Assembly (NCBI GenBank): GCA_963810275.1 | Contig: CAWENF010000014.1 | Coordinates: 64,001-128,000 of the forward strand | Direction of reading: 5' to 3' | Length of the DNA: 64,000 bases | Source: an uncultured archaeon | GTDB taxonomy: Archaea; Thermoproteota; Bathyarchaeia; Bathyarchaeales; Bathycorpusculaceae | Shown: piece after piece, positions 49,119 through 59,183 of the stretch | Layout of the letters: the number at the start of each line of letters is the position of its first letter | Numbering within the stretch: position 1 is the stretch's first letter | Program-made: the position numbers and the translations under genes | The notes under the pieces: model-generated | Database searches by the model: none | The model's input: the letters and a program-made list of their open reading frames with translations, nothing else | Told to the model about the DNA's origin: nothing

Positions 49119-49987
49119 ATGCAAGTGATGTTTAGGCAAGAAAACCAAAGTTCTTCCACCCTCACCCCAAACCCGCCAGAAAGCCAAAAAAGCCACCGAA
49201 AAATGTACGCGGCAACCGCAGCTTTAGCGTTAATTGCAGTTGTCGCCGGCTCGCTTCTATCCACGCAGGACGAAGGCGCAACCATGGCTTTGAGCCTCAA
49301 CTTCAATGTGGGAGAACACATGGTTTACCAAACTAAAACCACCGCAACAAACCAAATGGCTAACGCCACCCTAAACCTACCAGGAGAAACAACCAGCCAA
49401 AACTCCAACTCAACCATAACCATAGACGTTATAGCAGTAAACGGCGAAGACTACAAACTAAACGAAACAATAAAGATGCAGCCAGCCCTAATAAGAGACA
49501 TACCCCCCTCACAGTAAACGTCAGCAAAACCAGCTACTACAACAACTTCATGGGACCCGGCGGACCACAAATCTTCTACAACGCCACCAACCCAACCATA
49601 ATGGCTTATCTGGCGCAGCCCAGCGTGAAAACAGGCGACATCTGGACCAAACCAGTTAACACAGGCAACACAAGCCTCGGCTTAACAGGCGAAGTAACGC
49701 TAAAGTTCATGGGAATTGAGGAAGTAACAGTTCCAGCAGGCACCTACACAGCCATGCTCATAGAAACATCAAGCAACATACTACAAATCCACACCGACGG
49801 CACATCGCTCTTAACAAGCTTAGACGGCATGACACTACAGATGAACGGCACCTCATATGTTGAGCAAAGCACCTGCCGCCTAATCAAAGCAGACCTCACA
49901 CAGGTAAGCACCCTCAATTCAGCAGGCGTTGACAGAACTTCAACCATGTACACGGAAAAAACCTTAATAGAACACACCCAGCCCTAA
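49119..49987 (+). CDS. Secreted or membrane-anchored beta-rich hypothetical protein; frameshift in a C run at about 49505
   Basis: N-terminal TM, LSLNFNVGEHMVY, VKTGDIWT and EEVTVPAGTY motifs. Adding one C joins ORFs 49119-49517 and 49550-49987. Confidence 0.65.
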
Positions 49988-50054
49988 GCTGCAAAGAGTA
50001 GAACCAAGAAACACCTACATTGCCGACTTGCTTCAAGGCGTATGGAGGTTTTCG

Positions 50055-50514
50055 TCAAGAGGCAAAATTATTGTGGTATATCCGCCGTTTGATTGGATGG
50101 TGTTTGAAACGCCGAAGACGTATCTTTTGTGAACAGGTACATTGATGAGGTCCATGTTTCTGTGTCCCAATCATAAGGTTTGGCAGCCAGTTTCTCAAGC
50201 GAGTACAATTCAGCCCAGTCACCCTCAAAATGGGATCGAACGTGGATATTGTAGTATATTGGGTGGCTGCTGTCTCTGGTGCGGCTGGTTTTTTATGGAC
50301 TTGTATGGTTCTGTTTTGGTATATTGTAGTTGTGGTTTCATCTGTGTATGGGTAGATTTCGCTAATGGAACTTGAGGGGACGTATTTGACTGAAAAACTG
50401 GACACCGACGGCTTAGCTATTGACTGAGCATAGACTGCACCTAAGCATCTGAACAGCAACCCCAGTAACCACCAAAGCAACTGCAAAGGTGCGTAGATTT
50501 TTCTTAATTGCCAT
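50055..50514 (-). pseudogene. Decayed secreted surface-protein gene
   Basis: Signal peptide then AQSIAKPSVSSFSVKYV...NRTIQV and, in a shifted frame, YYNI..RPHFEGDW.ELY; multiple indels. Confidence 0.55.
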
Positions 50515-50972
50515 TTACTTTCGCCTCCAGCACTCTAATTCGCCTCAGCAACACAACAACTAAGACAATCATCAACGCAACCACAAAGCCTAAAGCTGCA
50601 GCGAAGCCAATCTAGAGTCAATCCAATGAAGAACCAGCAGCAGGTTGAGTAGAGGTTGTTTGTGTGGGAGACGCTGAAGGAGAAGAAAAAATAAATGGAG
50701 TTGCCGTTGGGGTGGGTGACGGTTTCGGTTGTGGGGTTGTTGAGGGTGAGACGCTGTCGGAGTTGTACACTAGCTCGTAGTATGCGAAGTGTATGCCCCG
50801 CCAAAGCTGCTTTGAATCGTTGAGAAAAGGAAGGTTAATGTGAAATCTGCATGTGTGTTGTCGCTTCCGAGGGTTACGCTGCCGGTTTCTAAAGCTTCAC
50901 GGTGCCCGTTAGCATATACATGGGGAAGGGCTCTAATCCACCTCTTGGCGTTAGAATGTGTAAATCGAAATT

Positions 50973-51281
50973 CTAGAAATCGTAGTTTACGGTGCCTCCG
51001 AAGTTGTATGTAGCCGTTAAGTGCAGGACAACTATTATTTCGCTGCCCTCGGTTGTTTGGTTGACTTCACTATAATCCAAAGATACGTTAGGCACAGCGG
51101 TAGGTGAAGGTATGGGTGTTGGAGGAGGTGTAGACGTGGAAGTGGAGGTTAGGGTGGCGATAATAACCGGGCTGGACAGGGGTTGCACCGCGGCTGCTTG
51201 TGCAACTGCAGCGGGGAATAAGGTGACCGCTAACAAAACCAAAAAGAAAACAGCCAAAGTAGCCGTGCCCGTTTTGTTCAA
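50973..51281 (-). CDS. Secreted Pro/Thr-rich protein, probably truncated by a premature TAG
   Basis: Signal peptide and TSTSTSTPPPTPIPSPT linker; the reading frame continues past the stop (NFDLHILTPRGG). Confidence 0.5.
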   Translation of the reverse strand: MNKTGTATLAVFFLVLLAVTLFPAAVAQAAAVQPLSSPVIIATLTSTSTSTPPPTPIPSPTAVPNVSLDYSEVNQTTEGSEIIVVLHLTATYNFGGTVNYDF

Positions 51282-51410
51282 ATAAGCATCTGAGACTGTT
51301 TTGGCTTTAAATTCTTCTTGTATAGATTTCTTGACTTGGTCAAGGTTTCTGTTTTGCTGCCAGATTCTTATACCTTAACCTCGCATATTTAAAGCTGGAG
51401 GCTGCCAGTT

Positions 51411-51992
51411 TTGAGCAGGGACAAAGAGCCGGAAATCACCGTTCTAACCTTAGGGTACGGCACTCGCACCATAGAAGAATTCACTCAGCTGCTGCAAATC
51501 CATGGGGTCACAACACTCATCGACGTACGGGCTTTTCCGCGCAGCCGTTTCAGCCCAGAATTCAACAAAGAAGCCCTCCCTGGCCACTTCAAACACTACG
51601 GCGTCAAATACGTCCCCCTCCCCGACATCGGAGGCATGCGGCACCCCAAACCCAACAGCAAAAACCTCGCCTTAGAAGGACAATTCAGAGGCTACGCCGA
51701 CTACATGCAAACCAAAGAGTTCACCGAGCAACTCCTCAAAATCGTGGCATTAGCGCGGGACGGCAGGGTAGCGTTGATGTGTGCTGAGGCGTTGCCCTAC
51801 AAGTGCCATCGCATCCTAATCAGCGATGCACTGGCAGCAAGAAACATCCGAGTACTGCACATAATCAGCAAAGAAAACGCGGTTGCACACCAAATGCATG
51901 AGTTGGCAAAAGTGGATGGCGTGCGAGTTTCGTATCCGCTTTACAGCAAAGATACTCCGCAGAAAACGCTTACCGACTTTGAAGCCAAATAG
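51411..51992 (+). CDS. DUF488 family protein
   Basis: TLGYG.R, LIDVR.FP.SR, GG.R, FRGYADYM and LMCAE..P..CHR.LI motifs. Confidence 0.92.
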   Translation: MSRDKEPEITVLTLGYGTRTIEEFTQLLQIHGVTTLIDVRAFPRSRFSPEFNKEALPGHFKHYGVKYVPLPDIGGMRHPKPNSKNLALEGQFRGYADYMQTKEFTEQLLKIVALARDGRVALMCAEALPYKCHRILISDALAARNIRVLHIISKENAVAHQMHELAKVDGVRVSYPLYSKDTPQKTLTDFEAK

Positions 51993-51994
51993 CA

Positions 51995-52174
51995 CTACGC
52001 TGTTTTTTGGTTGAGTTCCTTGCCCAGTTGAATAATCAGAAGCAAAACCAGATTCGCTATAGCTACACCCGCCAAAGCAAACGCTGGGAGTAGGAAGTAG
52101 AAGTCGGTGGGCGGCTGCATTATGGTTAAGAGGAAGACCCCCCCGATGATGCCTGTTAAGTTGACTAGTATCAT
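51995..52174 (-). CDS. Small two-TM membrane protein
   Basis: Manual translation MILVNLTGIIGGVFLLTIMQPPTDFYFLLPAFALAGVAIANLVLLLIIQLGKELNQKTA* (59 aa). It may start earlier, at CTG 52210. Confidence 0.5.
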   Translation of the reverse strand: MILVNLTGIIGGVFLLTIMQPPTDFYFLLPAFALAGVAIANLVLLLIIQLGKELNQKTA

Positions 52175-52243
52175 GAGTAGGTCTTGGTCTTTGAACTGCG
52201 TTTTTGTCAGCTTCCCACGAGAAGGGAATGTGGATAGGGCTTT

Positions 52244-53596
52244 TTAGGGTTCCTGTTTCTGCATTTTAGCTATAAAAAAGCCGTTGCAATCGTGCAAGTG
52301 GGGATAGAGGCGGCGGCACTGCGTGTAACCATCTAACCCAGGCAGGCCGAGTTCAGGCGAAATGTCCACTAACTTGAATTCGGGGTGAAACTTGAGGAAC
52401 TGACCGATTACGCCCTCGTTCTCTTCCAATGTGATGCTGCACGTCGAATAAGCCAAATAGCCGCCTACCTTGACTTTTTCGGCGCAATTAAATATCATTT
52501 TCAGCTGGATCTCAGACATGTTTTGGATTGATTTAGTGCTAAGCCGCCACTTGGCAGAGGGCTGCTTGGCAAACACGCCACTACTAGTACAGGGAGGGTC
52601 CAAAACAACAAGGTCTGCCTCACCAATCAAGGGCACAGATACACAAACATCCGCCACCACTGGCTCCGCAATCGAAGCACCCATACGAGCAACCTCTGTT
52701 TGCCAGGTGCAAATGCGTTTGAAACTGAAATCCAAAGACACGATGCTGCCCTGATCGCCCATAAGCTGCGCAAGAAAAGTGGTTTTAGCACCCGGAGCTG
52801 AACAAACATCAAACACCATATCGTCGGGTTGAGGGTTTGCAGCTTGGGCAGCAAAGCAGCTTGCCTTGTCCTGCACGTAAAAAAATCCCGCTTTGAGGCT
52901 GGCGGAGTTGTTTAGCGTTGTTTTAAATTCAATGACTTTGTAAGTGTACCGTAGAGGTTCGACTTTTTCCGTTTGGATGCCTTCGTCTTGGATTTTTTGA
53001 AGGATTTCCTTTTCAGGAGATTTGAGGGTGTTTAGTCGAATGTATGTGGGCGGGGGGTTTAGGCTGCCTTTGAGAAAAGCTTCAGCTTCTCGCCTGCCGA
53101 AGAGTTTTATGAGGTACTCGACAAACCATGTTGGGTGGAAGGTTTCCAGAGCCAGCCGTTCGGTTTCAGACGCCGACTCCAAAAGCGGCGTCAGTTGCCT
53201 GGTCAATAGAAAGCCCAAGTACGGCTCTACTTCACGCATCGACTCCCAACCCAGAATCGAGCGACCCAAACTGGCAATTTGCTCCGCCTCTTTAAGGTTG
53301 ATTTTGCCCCAGTTTTTGGTGATTCTTGTATGGTAAACGTAGAGCCGCAGAAAAGCCTGCAACCCCTGATTCAGTTCGCCGACTTTTTTGGGTTCCAAAA
53401 CGGTGTTAATGAGTTTATCAATGAGATTTTTTCTGCGGGTAGCCTCGACAACCAAGGCATAGGCGTAGCGGATAGCCTGTGGATCGGATATACTGAGCTG
53501 CCGTGTTGTACGTAGCAGTGCTGAGCGTTCGTTAAGACGGCGCATCTCCATCCAACTCAAAGTTTCAATGGCAACTGTCCAGGCATCACGTAGCAT
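52244..53596 (-). CDS. RsmB/NOP2 family RNA m5C methyltransferase with N-terminal helical (NusB-like) region
   Basis: QDKAS, DVCSAPGAKT, DPPCTSSG, YSTCS..EENE and GFFIA motifs; both catalytic Cys are present. Confidence 0.93.
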   Translation of the reverse strand: MLRDAWTVAIETLSWMEMRRLNERSALLRTTRQLSISDPQAIRYAYALVVEATRRKNLIDKLINTVLEPKKVGELNQGLQAFLRLYVYHTRITKNWGKINLKEAEQIASLGRSILGWESMREVEPYLGFLLTRQLTPLLESASETERLALETFHPTWFVEYLIKLFGRREAEAFLKGSLNPPPTYIRLNTLKSPEKEILQKIQDEGIQTEKVEPLRYTYKVIEFKTTLNNSASLKAGFFYVQDKASCFAAQAANPQPDDMVFDVCSAPGAKTTFLAQLMGDQGSIVSLDFSFKRICTWQTEVARMGASIAEPVVADVCVSVPLIGEADLVVLDPPCTSSGVFAKQPSAKWRLSTKSIQNMSEIQLKMIFNCAEKVKVGGYLAYSTCSITLEENEGVIGQFLKFHPEFKLVDISPELGLPGLDGYTQCRRLYPHLHDCNGFFIAKMQKQEP

Positions 53597-53960
53597 TTTT
53601 AATCAACATCCCAAACAACCACATCGCCCTAAATAAGCCTACAATTTCAGGTTTTCTGTTGCTTCGTGAAAGTCTCCGCATAGCTTTATCGTCCTTCAGC
53701 AATTCGTGCTAAATAAAATGTTACGACCCCATCTCACTAAGATGAAAAACGCTACTTCCAGGCAACTCGACGAAACAAGAACCGAGACGAAAAGACAGTA
53801 AAAAAGAAAGAGTTGCAGTGGAGGAGGTTTAGTTTATGATTTGTACAACCTGATTAGGGATGAAAACTTGGTCTGAGCTTATCAGTGGAACGAGGACGAT
53901 AAGCCCTTTGAGTTTGTAGGTTCTTGTGTTGTCGCTGCTTGTTATGAGTTAGGACGGCCC

Positions 53961-53980
53961 TGCTTACGGGTGCTTACGGG
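53961..53980 (+). repeat. 10-bp tandem duplication TGCTTACGGG x2
   Basis: Read directly in an intergenic, decayed region. Confidence 0.6.
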
Positions 53981-54239
53981 AAGATTTGCAGCTTTGCCGT
54001 GGGGAGTTGTTTTAAAGCACTATGTTAACTCGGTTTATTCAGTCACACGACAATCGGTTTTTTGGCTAATATTGGTTGCCGATTTAGATTACAAGCAAGT
54101 TTGAAGCGTTATATAGCAGAAAAATGGAACATGGAACATATAATACAATTTAGAACGTAAACGCAGACAGGTGTGTGTACATTTGTTTCACACACAACAT
54201 CATATGCAACCATCAACAATTTTTCCTTGTAGAGGTAAG

Positions 54240-54413
54240 TTGAAGTTGAGTCAAGTAGTCAAGCGTCGAGTAAAACCTGGAACTCACGCTGGGCAATACA
54301 TGTGCATGGAGTGCGGCAAAATTTTTGACACCAAAAAAGAAGTCGACACCCACAGACACAAACATCACCCGACAATCTTGCGCAGCCATTTAAGCGGCTT
54401 CTTCACCGAATAA
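54240..54413 (+). CDS. Small C2H2 zinc-finger protein
   Basis: YMCMECGKIFDTKKEVDTHRHKHH; TTG start after GAGGT. Confidence 0.75.
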   Translation: MKLSQVVKRRVKPGTHAGQYMCMECGKIFDTKKEVDTHRHKHHPTILRSHLSGFFTE

Positions 54414-54443
54414 ACACGCAATTTTGGGTTTTTCGCGTCGATT

Positions 54444-54478
54444 ATAACCCTGTGGATAACAGGGGTTATTTTGTTTTA
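54444..54478 (+). terminator. Hairpin followed by a T-rich tract between the C2H2 gene and polB1
   Basis: ATAACCCTGT-GGATA-ACAGGGGTTAT, then TTTGTTTT. Confidence 0.45.
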
Positions 54479-54536
54479 TAGTCACGAAACGTTTTATTCT
54501 CAACGCGCCATATGAAAGGCACAGGTAAAAAGAGGG

Positions 54537-57293
54537 ATGGCGCGCACACTCCTAGACTGGTGCAGCAGCGAACCAGCTAAACCAACACAAAAAACAAAAA
54601 CCAAAGCGGAAGCGCCGCCCCAACCGTCTCCGCCGCAGGAATTCAAGGCACCTGAAGAGGCGGTGGTTAAGCCAGAAAAGCGGGAACGCCAACCTTATCC
54701 GCCAATCGCCCCCGACAATCTACCTCCATCGTTCTTTGTTTCGGCATCCTACGATGGACGCCAACGCAAAGCCGTGGTGAAACTTTACGAACCCAAATCG
54801 GGCAACATGTATTTCTGGTACGACAACACCGGCCACCTGCCCTATTGCTTGACAAGCATAGTCAAAGAAGATATGGAACGCTTCGAACGCGTCAAGACAC
54901 ACACGGGCTTTGACCACTTCGAGGCTGAACAGCGACTTGATACATTAAACGACTGCCCAGTCGAAGTCACCAAAATCGTCTGCAAAGACCCGCTTGCAAT
55001 AGGCGGCAGACCGTCAGGTACCATCCGAGACATCATCCCCGAAGACTACACGAAGGTGTTTGGAGCCAGAATCCAAGATGTCGGTGCCAAAATCTGGGAG
55101 TCAAAAATCAAGTATTACCAATCATACATTTACGACCGCGGTTTACTGCCGGGTATGGAGTACGAAGTCAAAGACGGAAACCTCGTGCAAGTAACAAACA
55201 ACGCGGCTACAGAGAACCTAACAAAAATCCGCAGCTTATTCGCCGAGTGCACCACTGAGGAGCAAGAGTACGCTGAGATGTGGGCAGAGCTCTTGGAGTA
55301 TCCGGCACCCAAATTCAGAAGGGCGGCCATAGACATCGAAGTGTACTCACCGCTGACAAACCGCATCCCCGACGCCCGTGAAGGCGCATGCCCAGTTATG
55401 GCTTGTTCGGTGTACAGTAGCGACGGCGAACGCAAAGTCCTTGTACTCAAACGAGAAGGCATGGAGCAGGGCGACACAAAGTTAACCGCTGGTTTGGATG
55501 TTGAGTACTGCGACTCCGAATACGACTTAGTCAAAAAGGTCTTTGACATACTCTGGACGTACCCCTTCATTTTGACGTTTAACGGAGACGACTTTGACCT
55601 TCGCTTCCTAGCTCACAGAGCGTACAATTTAGGGTTCACGAGAAAAGACATTCCCATCGACATAGGCAAACGCGTGTGCCTCTTAAAGTACGGCATTCAC
55701 ATTGATTTGTACAAGTTCTTTTTCAACCGTTCAGTGCAGATTTACGCTTACGGCGGGAAGTACAAGGATGTAAGCCTCGAGGACGTAGGCACAGCGCTTA
55801 TCGGCACCCAAAAAATCCACCTTGACAAAGCGTTTGGCGACCTGAACTACAGCGAACTAGCAGCGTACTGTATGCGGGACAGCGAAATCACGTACAAGTT
55901 GACCAGCGCCGGAGACGACTCCGCCATGAAGCTTATGCTGGTTTTGTCACGCATCAGCAGTATGCCCATGGAGGACGTCAGCCGCCAAGGGGTGAGCCGG
56001 TGGATACGCAACTTTATGCACCGTGAGCACCGTAAAAAACACTTTCTTATCCCAAACGCCGAGGATATTCTGACCAAAAAGGGTAAAACCAGCACTACCG
56101 CCGTGATTAAGGGCAAGAAATACAAGGGCGCAATCGTGGTTGAGCCGACACCTGGAGTGCACTTTAATGTAGCGGTTATGGACTTTCCAAGCCTGTACCC
56201 TTCTATTATTAAGGTTTGGAATTTGGGTTACCAGTCTATCTGCTGCAACCATCCTGGCTGCAGAAGCCATGCTATCCCTGATACGCAGCATTGGGTGTGC
56301 ACTGAGCATCGCGCCTTAGAAAGCCTGCTGATCGGTTCTCTGCGGGATTTGCGTGTGAAGTGGTATAAGAGCCGCGCCAAAGACAAGTCGCTGCCACAAG
56401 AACTACGCAGCTGGTATAGCATCGCACAAGGAGCACTTAAAGTCATTTTGAACGCCAGTTACGGCGTTTTCGGAGCAGACAGCTTTGATCTTTATTGCCC
56501 CCCAGTTGCCGAAGCAACCGCAGCCATCGGCAGATACAGTATCACCCAAATCCTTACCCACGCCAGATCTGTGGGCATAGTGGTTTTGTACGGCGACACC
56601 GACAGCTTATTCCTCAAAAACCCCACTAAAGAGCAAATAGAAGACGTAATACACTACACCGAACACGAGCTCGGTATGGGCATCGACATGGAGAAAACCT
56701 ATCGCTACGCTGTGTTTAGCAGCCGCAAAAAGAACTACCTCGGCGTGCTGGAAAACGGTAACGTAGATGTGAAGGGGTTGACGGGTAAAAAGAAGCATAT
56801 ACCGATTTTCATAAAGGACGCTTTTAACCAGATGAAGGAGCGGTTGGCGCAGGTTAAGAACCCTGAGGACTTCGAGAAAGCCCGAAAAGACATCGCCAAC
56901 ATCGTGCGCGAAAGGTACAATGTGCTTAAGCGGCGTGAGTGGAAAGATAACAGTGAATTAGCCTTCCACATGGTGCTAGGCGATGAACTGTCAAGTTACA
57001 CGAAAACTACGCCGCAACATGTTAAAGCCGCCAGAATTTTAGAGAAAAACGGCAGAGAAATCCACGCAGGTGACCAGATTAGTTTCGTAAAAGTAATCAA
57101 GTCGTCTTCACGCAACAGCGCAGCAGAAGAGAATGCTGGCGTTAAACCCGTAGAGTTGGCTTCGAGAAACGAGATTGATGTAGACAAGTATGTTGCTTAT
57201 TTGCAAGCTACGTTTGAGCAGGTGTTGGATGCGTTGAACTTGAGCTTTGAAGAGATTATTGGGTTGACGCGGCTAGCAAGCTTTTTCGCCTAA
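54537..57293 (+). CDS. polB1: Family B DNA polymerase, PolB1 type
   Basis: Exonuclease motifs IDIEV and FNGDDFD; polymerase motifs DFPSLYPS, KVILNASYG, YGDTDS and KKNY. N-terminal SASYDG..KAVVKLY is characteristic of TACK PolB1. Confidence 0.95.
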   Translation: MARTLLDWCSSEPAKPTQKTKTKAEAPPQPSPPQEFKAPEEAVVKPEKRERQPYPPIAPDNLPPSFFVSASYDGRQRKAVVKLYEPKSGNMYFWYDNTGHLPYCLTSIVKEDMERFERVKTHTGFDHFEAEQRLDTLNDCPVEVTKIVCKDPLAIGGRPSGTIRDIIPEDYTKVFGARIQDVGAKIWESKIKYYQSYIYDRGLLPGMEYEVKDGNLVQVTNNAATENLTKIRSLFAECTTEEQEYAEMWAELLEYPAPKFRRAAIDIEVYSPLTNRIPDAREGACPVMACSVYSSDGERKVLVLKREGMEQGDTKLTAGLDVEYCDSEYDLVKKVFDILWTYPFILTFNGDDFDLRFLAHRAYNLGFTRKDIPIDIGKRVCLLKYGIHIDLYKFFFNRSVQIYAYGGKYKDVSLEDVGTALIGTQKIHLDKAFGDLNYSELAAYCMRDSEITYKLTSAGDDSAMKLMLVLSRISSMPMEDVSRQGVSRWIRNFMHREHRKKHFLIPNAEDILTKKGKTSTTAVIKGKKYKGAIVVEPTPGVHFNVAVMDFPSLYPSIIKVWNLGYQSICCNHPGCRSHAIPDTQHWVCTEHRALESLLIGSLRDLRVKWYKSRAKDKSLPQELRSWYSIAQGALKVILNASYGVFGADSFDLYCPPVAEATAAIGRYSITQILTHARSVGIVVLYGDTDSLFLKNPTKEQIEDVIHYTEHELGMGIDMEKTYRYAVFSSRKKNYLGVLENGNVDVKGLTGKKKHIPIFIKDAFNQMKERLAQVKNPEDFEKARKDIANIVRERYNVLKRREWKDNSELAFHMVLGDELSSYTKTTPQHVKAARILEKNGREIHAGDQISFVKVIKSSSRNSAAEENAGVKPVELASRNEIDVDKYVAYLQATFEQVLDALNLSFEEIIGLTRLASFFA

Positions 57294-57475
57294 ACCAAGG
57301 CGCCTACTTTGCTATCTAAAAGAGCCCGGCGGTTTTGTTTTTTTAACTATTAGTAGTGGCGGTTAGTTTGCTGTGCACTGCTTCTTTCAGCGGGTTATGC
57401 TATGCAACCTGTTTTGGCGTCAGCGTCTATTTTTAGAACTGGTGGTGGAGGTATTACAACCAGCAGCGGGCGCAG

Positions 57476-58254
57476 TCAACGCGAAACGGGTTTATTTCCC
57501 TTTTTAATGATGTTCTTAAAACGGCAGTTGCTGATTGGTTGATGGCTCAATATCGTCCCGTCTTTGATAATGCAGAAGGTGCCGAACGCACAGGGTGACT
57601 TCTGAACTGATTCTGCATCAGTGAAATCCAAGGCTTCATACCCATGTCTTTGGCGGTCTGCATAATGGCATACACGTTTTTAACCGAGTAGGGACATTGC
57701 GGCGAACGAATAATAGTTAAACCCTTCTCGTAACCTGTGATTGGAGCGACCTGGAACTTAGGGTTCTCGGTTTCGGGGCTGAATTTCAGTGCAAGCAACG
57801 CAAAATCAGGTTTAGCTGCTTCCACAACGGAAAAGCCTTTTTTGATAAAAATGTCCTTTTTAGCCATAAACGACCCTTTGCGGGTAACTATTGCGACACC
57901 AACCTTGCCTTGATCTTTGGCTTCAGCTATAACCACATCAAGCATGGCAGAGGCGTGCCCCTTACCCTTAAACTCACCCTTGAAACCGACAAAGATACAG
58001 TGAATAAACATGTAGCCATCCGCTTGCACAGGACGGTAGGCATACTCGCCGGGGATGTACTCGAGCATGCCCTGATAGCCACCTGATTTGGAGATGAGTG
58101 CTTTGATGCGAAGCCCCTTAGGATAGTATTCTTTGAACCAAGTTATTTTGCGCCGCAGTTCCAATTGTTTTTCGAAATCTTTGTAGCCACAGACGCCAAA
58201 ATCAGCGATGGTTTCAGGTGTCAAATCAACTATTGATGTGTCGGGTTGGGGCAA
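57476..58254 (-). CDS. GNAT acetyltransferase with YoaP domain; frameshift near 57630
   Basis: GMLEYIPGEYA, FIHCIFV, KGKGHA and QCPY motifs. The shifted frame gives the YoaP C-terminus SPCAFGTFCII.DG..LSH.PIS..RF.NI. Confidence 0.8.
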
Positions 58255-58306
58255 AATTAGACCTCAAATGAAGTTACAGTTTACGCAGTTTTAAGTTTTT
58301 GCAACA

Positions 58307-59170
58307 TTAAGACAGCAACTGGACGATGGCACCAAGCAGAGTAAATATAGCGACTATGGCTGCGATTGTGAAGACGACTTGGCGTTCAGTAAGGGGGCGG
58401 TGATAGGTTATGGTGGTGACAAGGCTTTTACGGCTGTCTGAGCAAAGGCGTTTGCCGTCAAATGTTACTGCCGCCTTTTTGTGCACGAAGAACACAGCGA
58501 GTAAGATGATGGATGAGTTGAATATGAAAGGCAAAATCGAGATCAGTAGATTGACCTTCAAATCGGAGATAACGGCAAAGGAAGCCAGTGTCATACCAAA
58601 CGCGAAGGAACCCGTGTTGCCTACAAAGATTTTTCCAGCCAAGTTAAGGTAGGCGAGTACAAGCCAGAGAATTAAGGGACCTACCATGAGATAATAGTTC
58701 GGAGTGAAAGCCATGAGGCCAGCGATTACTATGGCGGGGCATAGGGACTCTAGCCCGTTTAATCCGCCCAGCTGGTTAACTGTGTTGGTGACTATCATGA
58801 CGATTAATGGAATCAAGATGTAGAAGTAGGCAACCCCGAAGTCGATTTGCCCGATAAAAGGAAGAGTGATACTGGTTCTTGCGCCAGTCACCAGCGCATA
58901 GTAAATCAAAGGCAACGCAGCTATGAGCGGCATGAAGGCTTTGTAGCGCCATTTGAGATCTATCCAGTCATCCATCATGCCCATGAAGCCGCCGAAAAGC
59001 ACACATGCTGCCAAGGTGAATGCTGCAGAGACAGGTTGAGGGCTAGCACTTTCTTGCAGGAAATAAACTAAGAAAAGATAGACTGTTGCGAAGAGGACAT
59101 AGAAAACGCCGAAGCCGTTGGGGATTAAGGGTCGACCAACTTTATGCTGGTCGGGAACCTTAGGAAACAC
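58307..59170 (-). CDS. aglH: Glycosyltransferase family 4, probable UDP-GlcNAc:dolichol-phosphate GlcNAc-1-P transferase (AglH/Alg7-like)
   Basis: D.HK..RP.IP, GMMDDW..L.WRYK, NTVNQLGGLNGLE and IFVGNTGS motifs; directly downstream of aglB. Confidence 0.8.
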   Translation of the reverse strand: MFPKVPDQHKVGRPLIPNGFGVFYVLFATVYLFLVYFLQESASPQPVSAAFTLAACVLFGGFMGMMDDWIDLKWRYKAFMPLIAALPLIYYALVTGARTSITLPFIGQIDFGVAYFYILIPLIVMIVTNTVNQLGGLNGLESLCPAIVIAGLMAFTPNYYLMVGPLILWLVLAYLNLAGKIFVGNTGSFAFGMTLASFAVISDLKVNLLISILPFIFNSSIILLAVFFVHKKAAVTFDGKRLCSDSRKSLVTTITYHRPLTERQVVFTIAAIVAIFTLLGAIVQLLS

Positions 59171-59183
59171 TTTTCGCCGCTTC

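Noticed and set aside
54451-54459. TGTGGATAA, the reverse complement of the bacterial DnaA box
   Set aside because: Only one 9-mer was noticed, in an archaeal genome with no dnaA or box cluster; chance occurrence inside a hairpin is likely.
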